From Candidatus Bathyarchaeia archaeon (GTDB taxonomy: Archaea; Thermoproteota; Bathyarchaeia; Bathyarchaeales; Bathycorpusculaceae): a stretch of DNA of 64,000 nucleotides. A program made the translations under genes and the position numbers. The notes under the pieces were generated by a model, which worked only from the letters and a program-made list of their open reading frames with translations, was not told the origin of the DNA and made no database searches. Positions within the stretch are counted from its first letter, which is position 1. The number at the start of each line of letters is the position of its first letter. Shown piece after piece: positions 18,843-28,156 of the stretch. The DNA lies in NCBI GenBank assembly GCA_049512935.1, contig JBEKWR010000006.1:85934-149933 (forward strand). Reading direction: 5' to 3'.

Positions 18843-21197
18843 TTACGGGCTAATTATTAGTACATCTGCTCCGCCCGTGAGCGTTACCTGCACATTGCTG
18901 AGGCTTGTTATGTTAATTTGTTGACCGCTGGATGCCCAAGTTGCTGCATGCGACCTATTTGAGCTGAGACCTAACCCTGTTAAGTTAAGCGTTAACGGCA
19001 TGTTCTGACTGAAATTCTGCAAGTTCATTATCGAAACGCCAATCTTCCCATTTGCCAACGTAAAGACCTTCAAATCAGCAAGCGAATTAGAACAACTAAC
19101 CGGGCAATTTGAAGCCCAATATATTGCCCTGTTAAGCATCCCTCTGTCATCAACAATGGAGCTAGCCGATCCCCAGCAATTCCCGTAGACGAACCTCCCT
19201 GAACTGCCACTGTAGTATATTCCCAGTTCAAGCGAGCCATCACTGTATTTTACCAACGGAATCATTCCTGCCGTAGCGCCCATTGAGCCAGCATTGCTAT
19301 AGCCTGAGTAGGCTTGACCGAAAGTGTTGCCTATTATCGCTTTGGCATACGAGTTGGTTACTTGGCTGCTAGACAGGGTTGTTGCGCTGGTAGATGAACC
19401 TAAATCACCAGTTAATTGGAGTGTGCTCATGCACTGAGCGTTGCCTTGCCCCATAAACATCGTGTTCGCAAAATTCGCTTGATAGCGTTCACTGCTGAAG
19501 ATAACGTTCAAACTGCCTTTCGAATAGAGATTGAGCAGGCTTTGGTAGGCGTTTCCGCCGATTGTGCTTCCCGAATTTTCGCATGCGTCAAGAAAAACCG
19601 TGCCCATCCCAGACACGAAGTTGCTGCCCGTGTTGTTCAAGTTCACCGCATCGGTGTACTGTGCAATCGTAAAGTTGACTGAAAACGGACCTGCAGAGTC
19701 AGGGTTCAGGTAAACGGGTTGAACATCAACTGGACCCAGCCACGACGGCGTTATCTGTCCGTTCAGAGTGTTTGCCATAGTGGTAACCCACGTAGCCATC
19801 GCCTGCCCGCTGTACGCTGAGTCACTCCAACTTGTACCCGACGGAGCCCAAACCAGAAGCCAATCGGGATCAACAGCCCTGTACTGGACGCCGTTGACCC
19901 AAACGTAGGTTTCAATCATCGACAAGTACATCTGCTTCCAAGCCCAAGTCGGCATAACTGAGGAGCCGCCGTAGGCTAACGGCAACCCGCAGATGCAGTG
20001 GGCGCTTGGATCTTTGTCCTTGACGAGGGCGGAAACGTAGGCTGAGTATCGTCCAAGCATGCTGAGGTCACCCCACCACTCGCAGTCAATGTAGTAGAGA
20101 CTGAACGAGTTGTACTGCGCGAACATGGTCAGGTTCTCCATCCCCGTGGGATTGTTGATGCCGTTGTCAGCCCACGTGCTCGAAAGGTCTTGCGAGATTA
20201 TGGTTCCAACGTAAAAGCTGCTGGGACGACTGTTAAATATCTGGTTTATTTGGGCGTACAGTTGGGCAAAACGCGTTTGCCAATACTGCCACCACTGCAG
20301 GTTATCGTTAGTTGTTATCCAACTGATTTTTTGAGAAGTCGTGTAGCTTGCCCAGTTCGACGGCAACCCCACGGCGTAGCTTGAACTCGCCCACGAGGCT
20401 ATGCTTTGACCATCACCGTAAAACCAATCTGACAAGCTGCCTGTTCCAATCAATCTTCCAAAAGGTTGATTCGTACTCCAAACCCAATACATTGCTTGAT
20501 TTGTCAACCCATTCCACCCGTCGATGCCGAACCACCCGTCCCACTGGAAACTTCCATCTGAAATCATCTGCGAAAGCCGCTGAACGTAAAGGGTCGCCAA
20601 GCACGCTCCCGCAGGGATGTTTCTTGCAGGGTCAGGAGTCGCGTAATCAGCCCAGAAGTTCACCATCACCGTGCCAGGGTGCAGTTGATCGTACCTGACG
20701 CCGCTGCCTGAAACAGCTATAAGCTCAGGGTGCTGCAAAGTCAGATAATTGTAAATGTATGCGTCACTTGTGGTCGGCGTGTTGCCTGGGGAGTAAATGA
20801 CTTTCCAGCCGAGCCTGTGAAACTCGTCGATGACGGATTTTAACTGGGCGTAAGTTATTTTGCCGTAGGGTCCTTCCCAACTTTGACTCGCATTCCAACC
20901 CGTGTAGCTGATGACGCTAAGTATGCCGCTGGAATAATCAGTCATGATGATGCCTGTTCCCCAAGGGTGAGCGGCAACGTAAGCGTCAACGGCGCTAGGC
21001 GAAGTTAAGCTATCAATCCAGACGCAGCGAATCAAAAACTGCGGTTTGACGGATGCGGCTGGCGAAACGCTCTGGCTTATGGCTCCGCTTGCCTGGACGA
21101 GGGTTTGGGTTTGTGAGGTGGCGGTGCTGACGTCTATGAAGCACGCTGCGGATAGGATGGCGATTATTGCCAAGGCTGCGACTGTTCGGTTTTTCAT
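18843..21197 (-). CDS. large secreted protein, possibly glycoside hydrolase-like
   Basis: Signal peptide MKNRTVAALAIIAILS; Trp/Asn/Ser-rich; FQWDGWFGIDGW and YIDCEWW; function inferred from context. Confidence 0.6.
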   Translation of the reverse strand: MKNRTVAALAIIAILSAACFIDVSTATSQTQTLVQASGAISQSVSPAASVKPQFLIRCVWIDSLTSPSAVDAYVAAHPWGTGIIMTDYSSGILSVISYTGWNASQSWEGPYGKITYAQLKSVIDEFHRLGWKVIYSPGNTPTTSDAYIYNYLTLQHPELIAVSGSGVRYDQLHPGTVMVNFWADYATPDPARNIPAGACLATLYVQRLSQMISDGSFQWDGWFGIDGWNGLTNQAMYWVWSTNQPFGRLIGTGSLSDWFYGDGQSIASWASSSYAVGLPSNWASYTTSQKISWITTNDNLQWWQYWQTRFAQLYAQINQIFNSRPSSFYVGTIISQDLSSTWADNGINNPTGMENLTMFAQYNSFSLYYIDCEWWGDLSMLGRYSAYVSALVKDKDPSAHCICGLPLAYGGSSVMPTWAWKQMYLSMIETYVWVNGVQYRAVDPDWLLVWAPSGTSWSDSAYSGQAMATWVTTMANTLNGQITPSWLGPVDVQPVYLNPDSAGPFSVNFTIAQYTDAVNLNNTGSNFVSGMGTVFLDACENSGSTIGGNAYQSLLNLYSKGSLNVIFSSERYQANFANTMFMGQGNAQCMSTLQLTGDLGSSTSATTLSSSQVTNSYAKAIIGNTFGQAYSGYSNAGSMGATAGMIPLVKYSDGSLELGIYYSGSSGRFVYGNCWGSASSIVDDRGMLNRAIYWASNCPVSCSNSLADLKVFTLANGKIGVSIMNLQNFSQNMPLTLNLTGLGLSSNRSHAATWASSGQQINITSLSNVQVTLTGGADVLIISP

Positions 21198-21861
21198 TTT
21201 TGTAGGTTTCCCCGTTTTTGGGTAGCAGTTTTTTTTGGTGTCAGTCAGCGACAAATGTCTGAAGAATTACGATATAATAATAGTTACGAATCCAGAAACC
21301 ACATCAGACCTCTGAACAACACAAATACATCAGCGCCCAGAAACCAGCATCGCCAAAACAAGCCGAACCAAAACGAAAGCTTTCCAAACGCGCTCCTTTT
21401 CAGGCGTTCACCGTGCGCCGACGGACTCCACGGTTCCTACGGGTTTACGGCTTAAATGGGTTTGTTAGCTCGTCTGGTTCAACAAGAGGCGGCAGGTTGC
21501 TGCCTGCAAAGCCTAAGCCCCTTGGAACCGCGCCCAAACACGCAGCGCCGCGCCGAACGCAGCCACGATTTTTCGGCAAATCAACCATGCGCCAGCGAAA
21601 GCCATGCCGCCAAACCCGCCCACAGTAAGAACCAAAAAGTCGCAACTTTCACCAACCTTGTCAGCGCCAGCCCCACAGGAGCACAAGCAAACATTAACTT
21701 CTGGCTATTGAACGGGCTCTCACCAGCCGACGGAAACAGCGTTGCGGTAGTGATAAAAAGCTTCAACTTTACCCCCCGCAACCTAGCCTTATTTAGCAGC
21801 GATTCGCTCAAGTCAGAAAAAGATGAGTTTATAGGTTCACCATCGCATTATTGTTCCATAC

Positions 21862-22167
21862 GTGGTTGGAATGGCTGAAAACGAGGCAATGGTAGAGAGA
21901 ATTTCCAAAGTCTTAGGGGTTCCGCCGAAGGAACTTGTAAAAAAAGGATTAGAAGAGCTGCTTGAGGCGCAGTTAAGGGCTTGTTTTGCTGAAATAACTG
22001 AAATAAAGAACAGATACGACGTTAAAAGTGCCTCCGAGCTTGAGGGGAAAATTGCAAAAGGAAACGTCGACGAGCACCCAGCTTGGGAAGACCTGATCCT
22101 CTTAGAAAACTTGGAGGAACGCGCCAAGAAGATTAAAAAAGAGTCAGTGGCTCTCAAGCATGCCTAG
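21862..22167 (+). CDS. putative antitoxin partner of DUF6516/TumE-type gene
   Basis: RYDVKSASELEGKI..G...EHPAWEDLI.LENLE pattern; overlaps the next gene. Confidence 0.7.
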   Translation: MVGMAENEAMVERISKVLGVPPKELVKKGLEELLEAQLRACFAEITEIKNRYDVKSASELEGKIAKGNVDEHPAWEDLILLENLEERAKKIKKESVALKHA

Positions 22168-22561
22168 CGATTCTTTGGAAGAGCTGTTCAATCGCCTTAT
22201 CGACCTCATTCTTTCGCAATTTTCAGACTATGGTTGTTGACGTTCAACTTCGTTTTAGTCCTTCGGGCTCAGTTGAAAGGCTGCGGATTTTCCTGATTGA
22301 TGAGACTTTTATTGATGTCTGGCTATCATCGTCTGGAAAATACTCTTACCACTGGGAACAAAGACACGTTAGGGGTCTAATACACGCCATGATAACGCAC
22401 CGCACAGCAAATGGAAAAAGATCAAAACGTTCCCTAAACACTTTCACGAAGGCACAGAAGACAACGTCAAAGAAAGCAGTGTTCCCGACGACCCTACAGA
22501 AGCCATAAGCTACTTTCTAAGCTTCGCAAGAAAATTCCTAAAAAAACAAAACGCCAAATAA
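22160..22561 (+). pseudogene. DUF6516/TumE-family TA gene with two compensating frameshifts
   Basis: MPSDSLEELF.. then a shift to VVDVQLRF..KYSYHWEQ, then a shift back to HDNAPH..TFPKHFH; overall length 402 nt is in frame. Confidence 0.7.
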
Positions 22562-22863
22562 CGTGGTCTCATCACGCTTGGGTCGCTTACCGCGTGGACA
22601 GCACACCTACAACATTAGCCCACGACCTCAACAGCAAAGTCGCAACCCGCAAAAACCTTCAAACCTCCCAAATTGGAAAACCAAAACCCAAGCAAAACCG
22701 AACCTGCCGCCGAAAAAACCCAAAGTCGCAACGCAAAAGCAGAAGCCAAGCCTAAACCAAGAAAGCAACCAGAAACGCAAAGCGCCAAGGCGGAAAGTCG
22801 CAACTTTCACCAAGGCAAAAGTCGCAACTTAAAAACATCTAGAAAAAGCCAACCAAAAAAAAC

Positions 22864-23211
22864 TCACACTTTTCCAAACTGCTTCCTAAGCCTACGCACT
22901 TCCAACGCAAAATTCACAGGCCGCGCACACACAAGCTTCAATCCAAGCCTTTTACAAAGCAACTCAAGAATCGTCTCCTCAAGAATCGAAGCACCACCCA
23001 AAATCTGCCGACGCCCAAAACCAACAATGTTCCGCAACTCCTCAGAAAACAACTCAGGATTACAAGAAACCAAAGCCAAAGGCAAACCCCGCTTCTCCAA
23101 AAAATCCCGAATAATCTCCGCGTTAGTCTCACCCAAACAATAACGAATCGTATCATAAACAGCACCAGCTAAAACAGCATCAAAGTCAACCTGCTGCTTA
23201 ACCAAACCCAA
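22864..23211 (-). CDS. hypothetical protein (small archaeal helical family)
   Basis: 115 aa, LGETNAEII..PELFSEELRNIVGFG..ILEETIL pattern. Confidence 0.65.
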   Translation of the reverse strand: MGLVKQQVDFDAVLAGAVYDTIRYCLGETNAEIIRDFLEKRGLPLALVSCNPELFSEELRNIVGFGRRQILGGASILEETILELLCKRLGLKLVCARPVNFALEVRRLRKQFGKV

Positions 23212-23499
23212 CTCAGCACCCGCCTCGAAACCGAGTTTTAGACCTCACGCAATCCGACAGCGACACCGAACCAACATAGCCGAGAAAAACAATAAAAGAA
23301 TTATGAAGCCCCAATACCAATCACAAATAAGCACGATTCACACAAGCCACAAAAAAACCAGAACCACAAACCCAACCGCAAAAACCCCAAAAACGCCAAA
23401 ACCAAACAGCCCAAAACCAAAAAAACACGCCCAAAACCCATCTTTCCATAAAAGTTAAATGCACAGCCACCGAAATAACCCTATAACACGGAAGGGTCT

Positions 23500-24456
23500 T
23501 TGTTGCCAAAACACCACACAAACCATAACCAAGCGCTAATAAAATTAGCACTTGCACTATTCCTCCTAACCCTACTAACATACGCAGCGTCCACAACGCC
23601 GAACACAAAAGCACAAACAACAGGCGACATATACCTAAGCCCAGCCTCAGGCCCCATAGGATCAACAGTCACCATCAGCGGAGACGGATTCACAGGATCA
23701 ACAACCATCACATTCGGCGGAACCACCGTCGCAACCATCACAACCCAACCAAACCCCATCGACAACTACCCATACCTATCCGGATATTTCACCGTGCCAA
23801 AATCCGCCACCTCAGGCACCAGCGCAACCGTCACCGCCACCGACGCATACGGCGATTCAGCCCAAGCCAGCTTCTCCGTCACATCAGGTTCAGCTTCCAC
23901 GCCGACACCCAGTTCCTCCACGTCAGCCACGCCAACGCCCTACCAACAACAGTCAGGCTCATCAGGCTCAACCACGTCCTACACATTCGCGCCCACAGTG
24001 GCTCCAGTCCAAAGCAGCGGATTCTGGTCTCCACTAGCAATAGGCGCAGTCGTCGCCGTCATCGCACTGATAATAATCATCTCATTGCTCTTCATGCGCA
24101 CAAGCGGCGGCGGTAAACGAGAAAGAGAAAGGATGCTTGAAAGAGAGCCCATGCCTTACCGGTCAGCACCATATGGCCAACCTACCCAGCCTACATCACC
24201 ATACAATCCGCCCGCCTCTCAATACGGGCAGTCCACGTCAGGATACCAGTCCAGGTACAACAGGTACTCATACGCGTCTCGGTACAGCCAATCCCCCTCA
24301 AACCAAAGTTACAGCAGACCCCCAGTTACGAGTCGGTACAGTCAACCTTCTTACGGCGCTCAACAATCGGCGGCTGCCGGGAAAACGTGCCCTCACTGCC
24401 ACCGGGCCGTCAAGGGAGACTACAAAATCTGCCCCTACTGCTACAAGAAGATTTAG
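23500..24456 (+). CDS. membrane protein with IPT/TIG-like domain, S/T linker, TM and C-terminal zinc ribbon
   Basis: LSPASGPIGSTVTISGDGF; TM; CPHC..CPYC. Confidence 0.85.
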   Translation: MLPKHHTNHNQALIKLALALFLLTLLTYAASTTPNTKAQTTGDIYLSPASGPIGSTVTISGDGFTGSTTITFGGTTVATITTQPNPIDNYPYLSGYFTVPKSATSGTSATVTATDAYGDSAQASFSVTSGSASTPTPSSSTSATPTPYQQQSGSSGSTTSYTFAPTVAPVQSSGFWSPLAIGAVVAVIALIIIISLLFMRTSGGGKRERERMLEREPMPYRSAPYGQPTQPTSPYNPPASQYGQSTSGYQSRYNRYSYASRYSQSPSNQSYSRPPVTSRYSQPSYGAQQSAAAGKTCPHCHRAVKGDYKICPYCYKKI

Positions 24457-24662
24457 CGGAAAAACAAGCCTTTGCCCTATTCGTTTTTTCCCTATTGATG
24501 CATGGGACACGCTGCGTTGCTAAGCAATGTTTTTTGCTTTGCGCCTTTCAATAGAAGAAAGATTTTACAAGAGCTTACACTCCAGCGATCTACCAAGCGT
24601 AAGTTCCTTTTAGCATTCGAGGGAGCGTCGATAAGGCAGCTGGTAGGCAGGATACTGTTAAG

Positions 24663-25088
24663 TTATTTGTCATGGTCTGATTTTATTGGTTCTTCCTTCC
24701 TCAATAATTCGCTTGTAGTCATAATACCCAATATGATTAGAAAAAGTGTTACGGCAATTGCAACGCAAGTCAACGCAATCAACTCATTTAACAGAGAAAG
24801 AAGGAAATATAGACTCGCAAAAAACGTTGTAAAGCCAGCAAGAAGCATGCCCACTAAAAGGTTTGAGCCTCTGGCGTCTGAGGCAATGACACAGGATAAT
24901 GCAGCAAAAGTGAGAAAAACAACGGAAAGTGAAAGTGAAAGGGTAAGATAAGTGACTACGCTTCCATCGATAGTATTTTTGAACTGATACAAAAGTAAGA
25001 TTGCAGCAAAGCAGATTCCAGCAATAAATGTGGTTATCCCAGTAATAATTGAACGATTTGCAAGAGTTTCGTCTTTGCTAAGAGGCAA
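24663..25088 (-). CDS. 4-TM passenger membrane protein
   Basis: 141 aa hydrophobic ORF; its stop codon lies inside the left TIR. Confidence 0.75.
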   Translation of the reverse strand: MPLSKDETLANRSIITGITTFIAGICFAAILLLYQFKNTIDGSVVTYLTLSLSLSVVFLTFAALSCVIASDARGSNLLVGMLLAGFTTFFASLYFLLSLLNELIALTCVAIAVTLFLIILGIMTTSELLRKEEPIKSDHDK

Positions 25089-25199
25089 GGGTATTCACCG
25101 AAATCAGATACTGTTTATTTATCCTTACTGCTATTTCTGTTTTACAATAAAAGATTTTACTTAAAAAGAAAAAACAAAAAAAGGGAAAGGGGTTTTGAT

Positions 25200-25934
25200 T
25201 TAGCTTTTCGTCTCTGCTAGTGCTTCACTTGATTTAGTCGTGTCTACTGTTTTTTTCTTCTCTGCCATGAAGTCTATAAATTTCTTGGCTAGGTCGTAAG
25301 CTCCTTGCTCAAATAATCCCTTAAGCAAGTCGCCAGAACTGAGAGTATATGGAGCAGTTTCAGTATATTGAGGTGATTGACCTTGCTTTGGATTTGCTTC
25401 GGAAGTGTTTATTTGGAGTGACTCTTGCATTTGATTAGCCTCATTTTGAGTTCCTTTTAACGAATTAAGGTAATGTATATCATCCAAATAATCGTTTCTG
25501 ACCTTTTGCGAGATTTTTTTTGCGTCGTCAGGTACTATTTCAGCAATTTGCTTTAAGTCTACCCAAAAATCCACATCGGGCAGTTCTACATTCTTACTTG
25601 TATATTTCTCGTAAAATATCTTCCATAAAGGGATATTTACGATAGCTTCTTTGACAGCGCTAAAAGGGTCGTCTGCCTTTGTTGGATGAGCTATTCTTGC
25701 GCCAAGTTCCGATACTTGAACAAATCCTCTTCCAACAATTAAGCCATAAACTCTCATTGCTGCTATTTTGCTTAAATAGCCTCCAGTTATGCCTGTGTGC
25801 CCTAGGAATACAGCCAACATTTTTTTGTCGTCTATTGGATTAGTTCCAAATTTTCCCCACATCTTTTGCAGGTTATCGATTAGAGTAGGCTGGAGTCGCC
25901 AATCGGGGTATTCAAATTTCGTTCCTACTTTCAT
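25200..25934 (-). CDS. passenger protein, putative winged-helix family
   Basis: 244 aa; YP..L, GGYLSKIAAMRVYGLI..VSELGARIAHP..IPLWKIFY pattern; fold is inference. Confidence 0.7.
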   Translation of the reverse strand: MKVGTKFEYPDWRLQPTLIDNLQKMWGKFGTNPIDDKKMLAVFLGHTGITGGYLSKIAAMRVYGLIVGRGFVQVSELGARIAHPTKADDPFSAVKEAIVNIPLWKIFYEKYTSKNVELPDVDFWVDLKQIAEIVPDDAKKISQKVRNDYLDDIHYLNSLKGTQNEANQMQESLQINTSEANPKQGQSPQYTETAPYTLSSGDLLKGLFEQGAYDLAKKFIDFMAEKKKTVDTTKSSEALAETKS

Positions 25935-26010
25935 TTTTACACACGCAACAAATAATACAATATAGATGTAAAATTTAAAGGTTGCGCAATTCTACAAGAT
26001 TTAGGAATGC

Positions 26011-26020
26011 TTATATTTAA
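26011..26020 (+). promoter_or_regulatory. TATA box for the putative ncRNA
   Basis: ttatatttaa lies ~25-30 nt before the first stem of the structured segment. Confidence 0.5.
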
Positions 26021-26042
26021 CTGTGTAGTAATTCCTATTTCA

Positions 26043-26160
26043 GGAGTAGTGAGAGGGTAGCGGTCTGGAAAGACTGACCACGCGAATAATATTGCGACAC
26101 AAGCTTGGTGCAAACAGGCTTGTGAAAAAGGCGTGGATGCCTCTACCCTCTGCTGCTCTC
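26043..26160 (+). ncRNA. putative structured non-coding RNA inside the IS6-like element
   Basis: GC-rich island with four stems: 26044-60/26143-58; 26061-76 with GGAA loop; 26078-83/26131-36; 26098-107/26115-124. The non-Watson-Crick pairs are G-U on the + strand. Confidence 0.65.
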
Positions 26161-26169
26161 GGATTGTCG

Positions 26170-26319
26170 CTATTTTATGACCGTTCGCTCTTTTATGCGT
26201 TTCTCCCATTCCGATTGCGAAACTATGCCTTTTTTATCGAGTAAATCAACTAGGCTTTCAAGCATAGTGCTAAGTAGGTTTATTTCTTCTTTCAAGTCTT
26301 CAATATTGGTTTTCTTCAT
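26170..26319 (-). CDS. 49-aa protein (MKKTNIEDLK..LVDLLDKKGIVSQSEWEKRIKE)
   Basis: Not in the ORF track; AGGTGG RBS-like site, overlaps the RHH gene. Confidence 0.65.
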   Translation of the reverse strand: MKKTNIEDLKEEINLLSTMLESLVDLLDKKGIVSQSEWEKRIKERTVIK

Positions 26320-26473
26320 GTTTCCCACCTTTCGCAAGATAACCTTGTTCGGATAACCAATTCATGATAATGGTGCGGAGAGTGTCTGATCGGGTTTGCC
26401 CGATTTTTCCTAGCAACTCTTTGTCTAAAGTGTTGACAACACCATCAGGTAAGGATACTAAGATTTTTTTCAT
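26300..26473 (-). CDS. 57-aa CopG/ribbon-helix-helix regulator
   Basis: MKKILVSLPDGVVNTLD..TRSDTLRTII; ATGA-coupled to the transposase stop. Confidence 0.8.
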   Translation of the reverse strand: MKKILVSLPDGVVNTLDKELLGKIGQTRSDTLRTIIMNWLSEQGYLAKGGKHEENQY

Positions 26474-27387
26474 TGTGTTACCATCTCTAACGCTTTATCA
26501 TTCGCTTGTTTTGTTTGAACTGCTCTTGATACTGTTTCCGTTTCGTATTTTGTTGCTCGGTCAATTAAGGCTTTCCAGTTGTTGGGTACTTCCATTCTTG
26601 CTGCTTGAGCTGGAGTTTTTCCACCTAAACTTTGGTGTGGTCTAACGTAGTTATAGTGCACCGTGTAACCTTCAAGAATGTCTTTTGTTGATTCAAAAGC
26701 TTTTAGTCCTCTCATGCATCTTGTTCTGTCTTTGAGTGTTCCATGTAACCGTTCTACTATATTGTTGGTCTCTCTTGCTCTTATGCCAACTCTTTGAACT
26801 AACTCTGGTCTTGTGTCTTTTCGCATAGTGTAAAATACCTTGTTAAAGGCTGCATTGTAAACATGACTGCCGTCCACGAATACTGCTCTCGGTCTAACTC
26901 TGCTCTGTTGAACTCCTTTCTTGAAAATAGCTACTGTGTCTTCAAAGGTTCTTGTGTTTGAAATGTGAGACGCCACTAAGAATCGAGTATCCTCATCTAT
27001 CATTTCCCAGAACCAAATGTTCCGTCCTTCGCATGAAAGCATTGTTTCATCTTCATGCCATAAACCTGAAAGTTGCGGTATAACAGTTGTAGTGTATTCT
27101 TTCACTAGTTTGCTGTATTTCTTTAGCCAATTAAGAATCGTGACTTGGCTAATTCTTTCGCCAAAAATTTGCTCCAAGTTTCTCTGTGCTTTACGTAAGC
27201 TTAGACCGTCATAATAGAAGTTTAGGGCTGCTACTATTAGGTTTTTATCGTTTCTCATTTTGGAGAATTTGCCGTTTGAGAAAAAGCGTTTTCCGCATTC
27301 TTTGCATTTGTAGACCTGCGTTCCTTTAATTGAACCGTTTTTGACGATTTTTTCGCTGTTGCAATATTTGCAGTTCATCAGTTTCAC
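26470..27387 (-). CDS. IS6-family (archaeal IS1/IS6-type) DDE transposase with N-terminal zinc finger
   Basis: CKYC..CKEC; WHEDET, FVDG, NNIVERLHGTLKDR..MRGLK, YNYVRPHQSL. Confidence 0.93.
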   Translation of the reverse strand: MKLMNCKYCNSEKIVKNGSIKGTQVYKCKECGKRFFSNGKFSKMRNDKNLIVAALNFYYDGLSLRKAQRNLEQIFGERISQVTILNWLKKYSKLVKEYTTTVIPQLSGLWHEDETMLSCEGRNIWFWEMIDEDTRFLVASHISNTRTFEDTVAIFKKGVQQSRVRPRAVFVDGSHVYNAAFNKVFYTMRKDTRPELVQRVGIRARETNNIVERLHGTLKDRTRCMRGLKAFESTKDILEGYTVHYNYVRPHQSLGGKTPAQAARMEVPNNWKALIDRATKYETETVSRAVQTKQANDKALEMVTQ

Positions 27388-27388
27388 G

Positions 27389-27461
27389 CTCTTACAGGTA
27401 TACTATAGGATACCTTACCGTATTTATATCTTGTGGTATAGCTTTAAGATACCTGTAAGAG
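27389..27461. promoter_or_regulatory. 13-bp inverted repeat bracketing the transposase promoter
   Basis: ctcttacaggtat (27389-27401) / atacctgtaagag (27449-27461) around TATA-like tttatat. Confidence 0.6.
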
Positions 27462-27610
27462 ACTGCTCTCTTTTATGACCTTTACCAATATTAATTTTTT
27501 TATAATAAAACTTATAAGAAGAAGCCATTGCTCTATTATTATTAGTTTATTCTCCCTATCGTTCGTCTAGGACGGTAGGTATTTATTTGCGTTTTCGTCA
27601 TTAGCTAAAC

Positions 27611-28156
27611 ATGGGCAAAGCAGTTGTATTGATTGACGGTGGTTATCTCAACAAAGTTTTAGAGAAGATATATCATAGACCACCGTTTAGTTATGAAAAA
27701 TTTTGCAATAAATTATGCGAGAAAGCTGAATGCCAGCGTGTTAGAACTTACTACTACAACTGCCCACCTTTTCAAAGCAATCCTCCAACCGAGATAGAAA
27801 GCCAAAAAACTGCTGATTATGATTGTTTTATTAAATTCTTGAAAGATACCCCGCGTTTCTTGTATCGACCTGGAAGACTGCAACGCATAGGAGGAGAATT
27901 TAAGCAGAAACATGTTGATGTGCATTTATCTGTTGACCTTGTCAAACTATCCTGTAAACACAGTATCGATAAAGCTATTCTGGTTACAGGAGATAGTGAT
28001 TTTGTTCCTGCCGTAGACGTTGCAAAAGAGGAAGGAGTGGTCACAATTCTCTATTACTCAAACATTCCACCGATGTACATCCATCGCGAGATATTAGAGA
28101 AATGTGATGAAAAATATTTAATTGACGCAGATATTATGGCTACTTCAAGACCCTAA
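27611..28156 (+). CDS. NYN domain (LabA/DUF88, PIN-like) protein
   Basis: LIDGGYL, RTYYY, KQKHVDVHLSVD, LVTGDSDFVPAV. Confidence 0.92.
   Translation: MGKAVVLIDGGYLNKVLEKIYHRPPFSYEKFCNKLCEKAECQRVRTYYYNCPPFQSNPPTEIESQKTADYDCFIKFLKDTPRFLYRPGRLQRIGGEFKQKHVDVHLSVDLVKLSCKHSIDKAILVTGDSDFVPAVDVAKEEGVVTILYYSNIPPMYIHREILEKCDEKYLIDADIMATSRP

Larger units (their letters stand above)
21636..22830 (+). repeat. AAAGTCGCAAC(TTT) motif, 5 copies, including a 20-bp direct repeat flanking a TA module
   Basis: aaagtcgcaactttcaccaa at 21636-21655 and 22794-22813; shorter copies at 22636, 22722 and 22818; a reverse copy at 46620. Confidence 0.7.

Noticed and set aside
22563-23143. Lys/Pro/Gln-rich ORFs
   Set aside because: By-products of A/C-skewed low-complexity DNA
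25107-25115. Internal gatactgtt as a nested TIR remnant
   Set aside because: Only a 9-nt match, which could be chance
26043-26160. Assignment to hammerhead, hairpin or twister ribozyme, SRP RNA or a known riboswitch
   Set aside because: Core consensus motifs (e.g. CUGANGA/GAAA, SRP helix 8) are absent; no convincing match to the TSD or TIR as a guide either
25937-26209. 90-aa minus-strand ORF
   Set aside because: Overlaps the 49-aa gene out of frame and the structured RNA; not protein-like
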